Below are positions 26,801 through 38,000 of a stretch of DNA of 64,000 bases, piece by piece. The translations under genes and the position numbers were made by a program. Each line of letters starts with the position of its first letter. Position 1 is the first letter of the stretch. Source of the stretch: Takakia lepidozioides (lineage: Eukaryota; Plantae; Bryophyta); NCBI GenBank assembly GCA_030704615.1, contig CM060732.1, forward strand, positions 48,608,001-48,672,000, given 5' to 3'. The notes beneath the pieces are model-generated. The model did no database searches, was not told where the DNA came from, and saw only the letters and a list, made by a program, of their open reading frames with translations.

Positions 26801-28234
26801 TGGCCATAGTAGCAAGACGTTGCTCTAGCTGGGCAAGCCTATCCACCATGCCTTGGTCATGACCTTGACCTTGACCTTGTGCTCCTTGATTTTGGATACG
26901 ACCTCCACCGCGACCTCTGCCTCCTCTACCTCTCTGGACTACATTGCCTCGTCCTTGGCCACCATTGTTCCTTGGAACTGGCCTGGGCGTAGCTCAGGAT
27001 GCAAGTCATAACAATGGGCCTCATCATGCCCATACTTGCCACAATGCCCACACTGTAGTTGTGTAGGTTGTGCCTGTGCCAACCCTTTGCCTCTCTCCGG
27101 GCAATCTCTCTTAACATGGGGTCCTCCACAATCCCAACATGTCACACCCGACTGTTGTTGGCCTGAGAATGAAGGATGTGACCTCTGCAATTCAGATCCT
27201 CTCTGTCCTTCCCTGGGCTTCGCCTGAGCCCCCTTGTTGCCTTGAGCACGTTGGGGTAGTGGTTGTTGTTGGCTAGGAGCCCCACTTCGTTGTGTCTCCT
27301 TATCAAATCCCACCATGACTACTCGCTCCTCCACCATATTGAGCTCTATCCGCTCTACCAGCAAAAACACGTTTGCTAAGGTGGGTTGGTCCACTTGAAG
27401 GAGAGTTGCATCTTGCACCCTTCTCCTTAGCTCCTTGTCCAATATCCCATACCAGAATTGGACTGCTTGAGCTTCCGTAACCCCTTGGGTTACATTTATC
27501 AATCGCCTCATGCGCGTGTAAGTCTCTCTCAAACTCTCAGTAGGCTTGCGCTGGAACTCTTGCAAGCTCCACAATTTCTCCGTCCTTATTCCCTGATAGT
27601 TTCTCCTCAACTCCTCGAAGAACTCCACAACTGGGTTAAAAGCAGGCACGGGTGCTGGTGCTGCAACAGAAGCTTGAGTGGATTTCCCAGCTCCATCTTT
27701 ACTTGTCCCACTACTAGTGCTTGCAGTTGGGGATGTTGGTGTAGCTGCTGGTGTCACTGCTGCCCTTGTGCCTCTAGTGATGGAGATATAGTCAGGTGAC
27801 CAATATTGTCGCCACTCCTCAATCTCTACCTCATTTCCCCGCCTAAACTCATGGTAGTCATCCATAGGCAGCCCCTCAAGGTGCTGAAACAGCCCCTTCC
27901 ACGCCATAAAAGGCGTAAACAGTTGTGGATTGCGCATCTGCTGCAAATCACACCAACTATCAAACTCTTGTATGAAATCATCAAGCTCGATGGTGCCCAC
28001 AGCTCCCGAGTACCGACGTGGCCCCTTGGTAGCTCCATATATTTCCTCCATCATATCCCACAACAATGGCACGGAAATGGCTTGCACCCTCGGGGAGAAT
28101 CCTCCTAACTCTAAGTCTGAACCTTCCTCAGAAGACACTGAAGGTGAAGGTGGCCTAAACCGCACACCTCGTCTTGTATACCCACTAGTATCGCTGGTGC
28201 TCGTACCGACACTCTCCTCAGCAACTGGTGGCAC
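20877..28234 (-). pseudogene. Element A polyprotein: Gag (2 Zn knuckles)-aspartic protease-C5 DNA methyltransferase-RT-RNase H-integrase-PHD; multiple stops and frameshifts
   Basis: CWDCGGPHVKRDC and CGHCGKYGHDEAHC; LLDSGA; DLFGG/WPCQ/FENV/HRPR; LDLRSGYHQ, PFGLKNAP, YIDD; HTDWS; H-H-C-C, SLDFAGP, DGLAER; C4HC3 PHD. Confidence 0.95.
24385..25330 (-). other. DNMT3-like cytosine-5 methyltransferase domain of element A
   Basis: Motif I LDLFGGMSTG, II YVEKD, IV DLVIVGWPCQGHS, VI FENV, VIII SRAHRPRLWWTNL, IX NADERERTMGF, X RRQVLGQAMD. Interrupted by TGA at 24562. Confidence 0.92.
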
Positions 28235-29019
28235 CTCCGTGATGAAAACTCACACTCAAACCGGCTATCAACTTGTCTCTAATCCCCCTTTCCACGAGGT
28301 AACCGGGTAGAGAACCTGTTGCGGCTTATGGTTTGGAATACTAAGTTCTTATTCTGAACCTGCACCTGCACCTGCATCCACCGCAGGCACTCCTATGGTC
28401 TGCTGGTCATCAACCCAGCCTCACCATAAGAGAAACAATGATGGTCTGTTGGTCATCATCCCAGCCTCACCACCGACAGCACGCTCTAGGATTGGCCGGC
28501 CACAATATTTCCGGCACAACCACCTATAAAAGCAAGCGCCCAAACCAAACTAGCATGACGCACAGTCAAGCATGCATGTGTGGGAGGAGTTTCCAAACAC
28601 AGGAAACTCAAACAACAACACCTCCCATAGCTTAAATCAATCGATCTCCTTGCGGCTTCAATAAACCTGCAAGATGGTCAAGTCTCTATCCAAACTAGCT
28701 CTGCCTCCGTTTACGGAAAAGCTTTGGCCTACAAGAATGATGGAAGACTATAGAGAAAGGAAGCTAAAGCAATCTCTAAGCCCAGAATGCTCTCATCCCA
28801 TTACTCCCCCTATCTTCACACTCATTCTTGCTCAAGCAATAGATAAGATTATCCTTAAAAAACCTCTCAAATAACTCTCAAGAGCCCTCAAATTATTGCC
28901 ATGAACTTCTGAAATCTGCCCTCAATCAGCCCTTCACATAGACCCACCGAGGTTCAAGAAGTTCGCAAACTTGGACTCTAAACAGTCCACCAAAAGGCCC
29001 TAGGCGCCCGCCAATTAGT

Positions 29020-29625
29020 GGCCTCCAAGGTCTCCAACCAGCCCTCACAATGGCTCTACAAGCCTGCCCAATATGGCCTCCAAGGACCTCCAAGAGTCCT
29101 CCAAACAGCCCTTAAGAAGCTCCACAAATCTGCCAAGTATTGGCCTCCAAGGACCTCCAACAGTCCTCCAATAGCCCTTAAGAAGCTCCTCAAATCTGCC
29201 AAGTATTGGCCTACAAGGACCTCCAATAGTCCCTCAAAGAGCTCTTAGAAAGTTCCATAAGTCTGCCCAATATGGGCCTCCAAGGACCTCCAATCGTCCT
29301 CCAACCAGCCCTCACAAGGCTCCACAGGCATGCAAAACATTGGCCTCAAAGGACCCCAAATAGTCCTTCAAACAGCCCCAAGCAGGCTCCACAAGCCTGC
29401 AAGATATTGGCTTCAATAGACCCCAAATAGTCCTCAAAGCAGGCCCCAATACCTGCAAGATATTGGCCTCAATAGACCCCAAATAGTCCTCAAACATGCC
29501 CCAATACTTGTTAAATATTGGCCTCAATAGACCCCAAATAGTCCTCAAACAGCCCCAATACCTGCAAGATATTGGCCTCAATAGACCCCAAATAGTCCTC
29601 AAACAAGCCCCAAGAAGGCTCCAAA
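29020..29625. repeat. Tandem array of ~66-bp units grading into related ~55-bp units, in element A's leader region
   Basis: ggcctccaaggacctccaa at ~29075, 29142, 29207 and 29275; attggcctcaatagaccccaaatagtcctcaaa at ~29407, 29462, 29517 and 29572. Confidence 0.9.
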
Positions 29626-29684
29626 AATATCCACAGTCAGTCGATTTTTCATTCGACACTGACCAAATTTCATCCAAAACCGCA

Positions 29685-30200
29685 ATTTCTCATCCGCATG
29701 TTCGATATTTCATCCGCCACGATAGTTCATCCGTCGGTGCAATATATCATCCACTGGTGCGATTTCATCCGCTGGCGCAGTTTCATCCGTCACCGCAATT
29801 TTTCATCCGAAGGCACGATAGTTCATCCGCTACCATGATTTCATCCGATGGCGCAGTTTCATCCGTCGCCGCGATTTTTCATCCAATAGTGCGATAGTTC
29901 ATCTGCTGACGAGATTTCATCCGTCACCGTGATTTTTCATCCGTTAGCGCGATAATTCATCTGCTGCCGAGATTTCATCCGCTGACGCAGTTTCATCCAC
30001 TCCACTGCAACCGATTCTCATCCAAGAGTGCCAATTTTCATCCACTGACTCAATAGTTCATCCGTGGTTGTGCTCCCAACTCTGGGGCAATGTTCCTACG
30101 CGTTTCCATGCGTTCCCACGAGTTCCTAAGGAGTTCCCAAGCATTCTCATGCGTTCCTTCGAGTTCCCAAGGAGTTCACACGTGTTCCCACGCGTTCCCG
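29685..30200. repeat. Minisatellites: ~19-20-bp TTCATCC(G) units (29685-30063) and ~11-bp GTTCC units (30093-30200)
   Basis: Visible periodic recurrence of tttcatccg and of gcgttccc/gagttccc. Confidence 0.85.
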
Positions 30201-31264
30201 AGCTAGGGTTTGCGCCGCTTTGCCTCTGCGATTGCTGCAACTAGCTATGGCTTCTATGGAGCAACCGGAGGTGCTGTTCTTGGTTTCTTGAGCATCAATA
30301 GACCACCAAGAGTGCCTCTAACTCCTTGAGCAAGCTATTTGCCACACAACAAGCTTTCTTTCTCTATAGAACTTATTGAAACAAATGTCAAGTTATTTTA
30401 CCACTAGTGTGAAACTAGCTAGGAAATAGCTAGCTTTTATATATTGACATTTGGGATTGGCCCAAGTATCAATCCAGGGGTCAAGACAGATTTAGGCCCT
30501 GGAGTGGTTATCTTCACGGCAAGCGCGGGAGGCTCATCTTTCTCGAGTTGAGCCTCACTGCGCCTAGCTATGGCGCCGTAGTGTGGATTCCCCATGACGT
30601 GGGGTGCACTTGGCTTGACTTGTATTTGAGTGATGAGGTTATATATGCATGAGTTTATGCTTCAGATTTGTGAGCTCGTGCTTGTATTCTTCTTCTTTAT
30701 CACTTGAGAAAGATGAGCTCGTATCTGTGAGTGCCAGATACAAGTTAGTTGTGGCACTTGTGGTTTTTGCTTGAGAATGAGAGAAATCAGGATGTTGTGC
30801 AAGGAGCACCGTGGAGCTCTTGGTTGTTAAAATCGGAGGCGATGTGGGTTACGAGGTGGTAGACCTTGGCATTCGATCTTCAACTTCAGAGATGAAAGCA
30901 CCATGTTGCAGGATTGCAAGACCAAGCGAAAGGGCTGATTTGACTTGGGGCAAATCAGTGCACTTTGTGGAGTATGTTGAGATTGGGTTTCAATCTCGAG
31001 CTTCAGCATTGAGAGGGCTCTTGTCATGGCAAGAGCAGGGCTGGAACAGGAGCTAAGAGGTGCGGCAAGGCCATGGAATGTGCACCTAGGGTTTCAGAGC
31101 TTCGAAGAAGAGCTCTTGCACCACAAGAGGAGTTTCTTGTGGCTGGAAATGTAAGCCTTAGGGTTTCAGGAGCTTGGCAAGGGCTGTGGAGTGCTTAGTC
31201 TTGTCTTAGAGAGCATCAAGGAGCTAAGGATCTAAGATAGGGGGTTGATACCTCTTGTGTGAAG

Positions 31265-31590
31265 AGGTTGCATGTGTGGGAGCATGTATTCAGCTCATTG
31301 AAGCTTCCATCTTCAAGCTTGGAGGGCAAGCAAGGAAGAGGGAAGGGTCGACTCCCCTTATGTGAGAGCAATGCATGTGTGGAGCATGCTTTCAGCCTGT
31401 TGAACGCTTGTACTTTCAGGTTTGGGAGTGCAAGAAATGAAGGAAGGGGCTGGTTTCCCTGTAGGGCATGTGTGGAGCATGCTTCCAGCCCGCTGAAGCG
31501 TGTATTTTCAGGTTGGTGGGTGCAAGAAAGAAAGCAAAGGGGCTGATTCTTTGGTGGTGAGAGTGGGGCATGTGTGGAGCATGCCTTCAG
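31265..31590 (+). repeat. Four ~100-bp degenerate repeats in element B's leader
   Basis: gcatgtgtggagcatg recurs at ~31270, 31374, 31466 and 31568. Confidence 0.7.
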
Positions 31591-32009
31591 TCCATTGGGC
31601 TTTTGTTTTCAAGCTTTAGAGAACTAAAAGAGAAGGTCAGGGGCTGATATGCTCTTATATGACAGTCCGACACTTGTAGAGCGTGTTCTGAGTTGGGGTT
31701 TCAACCTCAAGAGCATGGCTCTTGAATTGGCAAGTGTAGGGGGCTGGAATAGGCACTAAGACAGATGCTATGGCCAAGGGAAACGCTTGAATGAGTGCTC
31801 ACAAGGGCTGGAAACCAGCAAGGCTTGGTTGTTTGCCATTGAGTTTAGTGGCGTGTTTAGGGAGTCTAAGAAAGAAAGCTTGGTTTGTGGCAACCATCTT
31901 CCTCATGGCTTAGGGCTACTATTGGTGGTGTGTGGGAGCCGAAAGAGCAAGAATATCTTGTTGATTTCTTCACAGCCGCCAGCCACTAGTTGTTGGGGAC
32001 AGTGCCAGT

Positions 32010-35000
32010 TTGAGCACTAACAATACTAGTGGGTACACGAGACGAGGTATGCGGTTTAGGCCACCTTCACCTCCTGTGTCTTCTACGGAAGGTTCTGATT
32101 CCGATTGTGAATCAGGAGGACTCATACCGGCGGTGCAAGTTGTTTCCTTGCCATTGTTGTGGGACACAATGGATGAGATGTATGGAGCTACCAAGGGGCC
32201 ACGAAGGTACTCTGGGGCGGTGGGCACCATCGAGTTGGATGATTTTATCCAAGAGTTTGATAGTTGGTGTGATTTGCAGCAAATGCGCAATCCACAACTA
32301 TTTACGCCTTTCATGGCATAGAAGGGGCTGTTTCAGCACCTTGAGGGGCCGCCTATGGATGATTACCATGAGTTCAGGCGGGGGCATGAGGTTGAGATCG
32401 AGGAGTGGAGGATGTACTGGTCACCCGACTATGTCTCCATCACTAGGGGCACTAGAGCCACGAGGGCAGTGGCTACACCTGCCGCTGCACCGGCAGTTTC
32501 AGCAAGCAGCAGTGGGACTAGTGGGACTGGTGGTACAGTAGCTACGATTACCCAAGCCACTACCGCACCAGCACTAGTACCCGTGCCTGCCTTCAATACT
32601 GTTGTGGAGTTCTTCAAAGAGTTGAGAGGGAACTACCAAGGGGGTGAGGACAGAAAAGTTGCGGAGCTTTCAAGAGTTCCAATGGAAGCCGACCGAGAGC
32701 TTGAGGGAGGCTTTCACTCGCATGAGACGCTTGATAAATGTAACCCAAGGGGTTACGGAAGCTCATACAGTCCAATTCTGGTATGGGATATTGGACAAGG
32801 AGCTGAGGAGAAGGGTGTGGGATGCAACTCTCCTACAAGCGGCCCAACCCACCTTAGCAAATGTGTTTTTGCTGGTAGAGCGGATAGAGCTCAACATGGT
32901 GGAGGAACGAGTGGTCATGGTGGGATTTGCTAAGGAGACACCACGGGGTAGTGGTGATCCTAGCCAACCACTACCTCAACGTGCTCAAGGCAACAAGGGG
33001 GTTCATGTGAAGCTCAAGGAAGGGCAGAGAGGACCTCAGATGCAGGGGTCTCTCCCTTCATTGGCTGGCCAACAACGGGTGGATGTGGTGTGCTGGACAT
33101 GTGGAGGGACCCCATGTCAAGAAGGATTGCCCAGAGGGAGGCAAAGGGCTGGCACATGCACAGCCTGCACAGTTGCAGTGTGGGCATTGTGGCAAGCACG
33201 GGCATGGAGAGGCCCAGTGTTATGGTTTGCATCCTGAGTTGCGCCCAGGCCAGTTCCAAGGGAACAATGGTGGTCGGGGGCGAGGTGGAGCAGCCCAGAG
33301 AGGACGAGGTGGCCAGGCACAAGGTGCAGGCCAAGGGCAAACTCAACATGGCCAAGGACGCGGAGGTCAGGGTGTTGACCAAGGTATGGCCAACCGGCTT
33401 CAGCAGCTAGAGCAGAGGCTCGCTGCCATGGCTACAGCTCAGGTGGTACCGGCTCCAAGGCCGGATGGTCCACCTCCTGTTCCTGAGGGAGGAGATATGG
33501 GAGGCATGGGATTCATGTGCGGAGCAACACTACCACTAGTGCAGGTGGAGTCTGCTGCAGCTGTGACTCGAGGAGCAGCACGAGTTCCTGAGCCACGAGG
33601 TGCAGAGGTAGAGTTGGATCCACAGCGTGGGGAGGCAAGCCATCAGGCTAGGCTTCTTCAGTCATTCACATTGGCAGAGACAGTGTCGACGCCATCCATG
33701 GCACCTAGTTCTCGCCCGACTGTTATCGAGGCGGAGGTTACTATGTCATTGGGGAGAGCTACACGGGTAGCTCTACTACCTAGTGTTGCCAAGGCTACGG
33801 CAGCTAGTGTGCTGTTGGGAGCGGCCACATCTGTGTGTCAGGCTCCATTGTTCTTGGCTACCGTGATTGCGACGCCGGGGGTAAGACCAGCTGAGGTGTT
33901 CAGGCTAGCAGCTACACTCTGTGAGAGTGGGGAGGTTACTTCATCTTCTGCGGAGATAGTGGGAGGTGTAGTGCCGGAGGGATCCTCGGATTTGAGGGTC
34001 AAGACTGCCACGGCGGCGCCATGACAAGCTGCAGCTGCCAGGTTGATGGAGTTGCTAGCTAGGCCAGCCATTGAGCGCGCCATGGTGACACGTGGAGTTG
34101 TCATGTTAGACAACCAGGATGACATTTTCTGTTTGAGTGGACCGGCAGACAAGAGGTACTGGCCACTGCGGGTCTTGTTGGACTCGGGAGCTCAGCCATT
34201 GATGTTGGGCAGAGCTGCTATTGCAGGCTTGGGCCTCACGGAGGTGGATATGGAGCCTTGTCATTTCTAGATACAGACGTCTCTGGGAGGATCTGAGCAA
34301 GCTCGGGACATGACACGACGTGAGTTGGCTATCAGACTACGGCCGGATCACCCTACAGATGGCTCAGTGATGCGAGCCAAGGCCATTGTGACAAACGTGG
34401 TCTCATACGATGTCCTGGTTGGTGGGGCAGTGTTGTACCCCATGGGCTTCACCCTGGATTTTTGGGAGGAGTCAGCTTCCTATAGGCCTGCATCGCAATC
34501 AGGGGAGGGCCGGCGTGTGCAGCTCCCTGTGACGTTCATAAGAGGAGTTGCGGTTGCCCAGCAAGGCAAGATGCCAACACTAGTAGCATTCACAGCGGCA
34601 GTGAGTTGGCCTAGAGAGTTGCTTGAGGGCAACGCTCATTCAGAGGATGTGCCACCTCCGGGAGAGCAGGATGACATGTATGGTATGGCAGAGTTGCCTA
34701 CCATGGTTGCTCAGAGGATTCGCAGCGGGATGCTGATCGACGGGTGCAACAAGCCTGGGTGGAGGCTTTTGTACCGTCAGGAGAGGAGGAGAGTGCGGGG
34801 ATTGCACCAGGACCACCTCAGTTGTCTCCATTGGACACCACACCTATTGTGTGGTAGTATCCGGATGAAGGCATTTGTCTTCTGGACTTGTTTGGCGGGA
34901 TCAGCACCGGATTGGCTGCTGTGTTACAGGCAGGTGTACGAGTTTGGCGTTACCTATATGTGGAGAGGGATGAGACTGCACGACGCATTTCACTTTGCCA

Positions 35001-38000
35001 TGTTGCTCAGTTGGTGCAGCGGTACCCTGAGTTGTTGCTGGTGTCTGCAGTTTGTGGATATCAGCAGGCCTTGCCAGCAGACACTTCGTTGCTGGGGGCG
35101 CAAGATTTGGAGCGGGTTGGCTCCATTGATCTGGTAGTGGCAGGTTGGCCCTGCCAAGGGCATTCATCAGTCGGGCATGGCAATGGATTGCGAGACTCGA
35201 GGTCGGGTCTGTTTTGGGAGATGGTGCGGGTTTTGCGCCATTTGCAGCTTCATCAAGCTGTATCTCCAGCATACATCTTGGAGAATGTGCCACTGATGGG
35301 CGATTCTTAGGCCAGGGTGATGGCCAGTGTGCATCAAGTCCGGTCGTGGCTTGGGTCAGCAGTGTTGCTAGATGCAGCTACAGTGGGGTCACGGGCTCAT
35401 CGTCCACGGCTATGGTGGACTAACTTGATGCCACCCGCACTGCTCAAGCGTGCATTTGATGGGGTGCAGCGGCTAGCATATCTCACAGTGGATAGCATTC
35501 TGGACATAGGGAGGCAGTCTCAGCATGTGAGACACGATGACCGTTTGCCTTTGGCAGTGGTCAACAAGGTGGGTCAACCACGAGCAGCATTACCTACACT
35601 GCTCAGCTTCCCAGGATCGCATGCTTTCCGGGATAGTGGACCTGGCCTCCTATGGGATGCTCAGTTGCAGCAGTTAGTGGAGCCTAATGCTGACGAGCGT
35701 GAGCGGACAATGGGTTTTACCACTGGTACCACGGCGGTGTCGTCTTTTTCTGAGGCATCACGTCGTCAGGTGTTGGGGCAAGCAATGGATCTCAATTGCT
35801 TGACCTGGATTATCAACTTGGCTATGGCTGAGCACCGCAGAGTGCGGAATACACTTCCCTCGATGGTCTCTCTGCCTACCGAGATGGTACAGGCAGTGAG
35901 TGGGGGCGAACATGTGAGGACCACGGGGTGCAGACATCCATGGCACACGTGGGAGGTGCTCAAGGTTCAGAAAGAGTTGGCAGCCAAGGTGGCGGTGATG
36001 GATGAGGTTGGGGATTTTTCTCGGGTGGAGGAAGTCCTTGAGGATGAGATGATGGGGCAGGATGAGGCCTTGTCACTGACTGAGCAGGTAGGGAGTACTG
36101 CTCAAGAGGTTGCAACATAGCAACCACTGGACGCGTCCTCTACCTCTAAGCCCGCTGGACTTAAGGTTGCAGTTACGGAGGACAATTGGGAGCCTGACAT
36201 TGGACCCATTGTCACAGGAGGAGAGAGACGACGTATATGGCGGTTCTTAAGGGCTTACAGGAATTGCTTTGCCTTCAGTTTGAAGGACTTGGGAGCACTG
36301 AAAGATCAAGAGATCCGTATTGAGTTGGCCACTGACACGCCAATCTTTCGGAGACCCTATAGATACAGTGACATGGAGAGGACTTTGATTCAGATGAGGA
36401 CTCAAGATCTCTGGGAGGCAGGTTTGGTGGAGCTCTCTGGTGGAGAGTATGCTTCAGCCACAGTGATGCTTGCCAAGAAGGATGTCTATGGCAATTGGAC
36501 GGAGAGACGTATGTGCGGTGATTACCGGCCTGTAAATCGTCAGACCAAGTCCGATAAGTATGCCATGCCAACACCAGAGGAGATCTTTGATGCCATCGGG
36601 CATGCTAAGGTCTTTAGCACTTTGGATTTACGATCCGGATATCACCAGTTGTCAATCAAGGAGGCGGACAAGCAGAAGACGGCATTTTGGGGGATCAATG
36701 AGCACGGCAAGGATTGCCTATATCAGTGGCGGTTCTTACCATTTGGGCTTAAGAATGCTCCTGCAAAGTTTCAGAGAGTCATGGATATGATTCTAGCAGG
36801 GGTGGACTTTGCTCGGTGCTACATAGATGACATCATCATCTTTAGTGTTACGGTGGAAGAGCATGAGAGACACCTTCAGGTGGTATTGGAGCACTTGAGA
36901 GCGCACGGATTGAAGTTGCATCCGGGGAAGTGCAAGTTTTTCCACAACCAGATTGAGTATCTGGGTCACATGATATATCCTGGAGGATTGGGGGTACAGC
37001 AGACTAAGGTAGAGGCCATTGCACAAATTCCATGCCCCACGGATGTGAGCCGAGTTCGAGCTTTCATGGGGTTGGCAAACTATTATAGACGGTTTGTCAA
37101 GGGATTTAGTGCCATTGCAAAGGCTCTAACCAAGCTGATCAAGGTGGACCAGCAGTGGCAGTGAGAAGATGAGCAGGAACGAGCTTTTCAAGAGCTCAAG
37201 GCGAGGTTGACCTCGGCGCCTATCCTGAGACGACCTATTAGGGGGCGTCCCTTTCAGCTGCATACGGATTGGAGCATGTTGGGGCTTGGAGCGGTGCTCA
37301 CACAGGTGGATGATGAGGGAAGAGAGTTCGTAGTGGCTTATGCTAGCCGCTCAAACAACGCTGCAAAAGCTAAGTACAGCTCATATGAGGGAGAGTGTTT
37401 AGCTGCAGTGTGGGCCGTGGCACACTTTAGGTGCTATCTATACGGCAATCTTTTCACCCTTGTCACGGATCACCAGCCACTCAAGTGGTTGATGGAGTTA
37501 GACAAGCTTACGGAGAAGCTTGCACGATGGGCACTCATACTCCAGGAGTATGACTTTCAGGTTGTGCATCGACCGGGTTTGGTCAATCGAGATGCGGATG
37601 GATTGAGTCGCAATCCATGCACAAGCTAGCAAGATGACACTGGAGCTCGGTGGCATGGTGAGACGGACGAGGAGATGGTGCTGGGATGGCACGCATCTGT
37701 ATTTTTGTGTATCTTAGCATCGGGAGGTCAGGTTGGACCTACAACAGGGATGACTGTAGACGGAGTGTTTGAGGACCCTGAGGCTAGTGATGAGCCAGGT
37801 GGTGCCAGAGATATACATGAGGATTCGGTTGTGTTGGACTACCTCCGCACGGGAGACACGCAGCCACTATGACTGCCAGGGAGAGGGATCGGATCCTGCA
37901 ACGAGCCAAGAGGTTCAAGTGGGAGGGGATACACCTGCTTCGAGTATGGAAGGATGGTCGGGTGAGGATCGTGCCTCACCCAACACAGCGTGCACGGTTA

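Noticed and set aside
29020-30200. CRISPR-like array
   Set aside because: The units are head-to-tail degenerate repeats without unique spacers, the context is eukaryotic, and there are no cas genes.
30577-30668. Segment missing from A2 of element B as a spliced-out intron
   Set aside because: The nearby GT (30578) and AG (30665) do not coincide with the deletion endpoints, and element A's A2 has no such gap.
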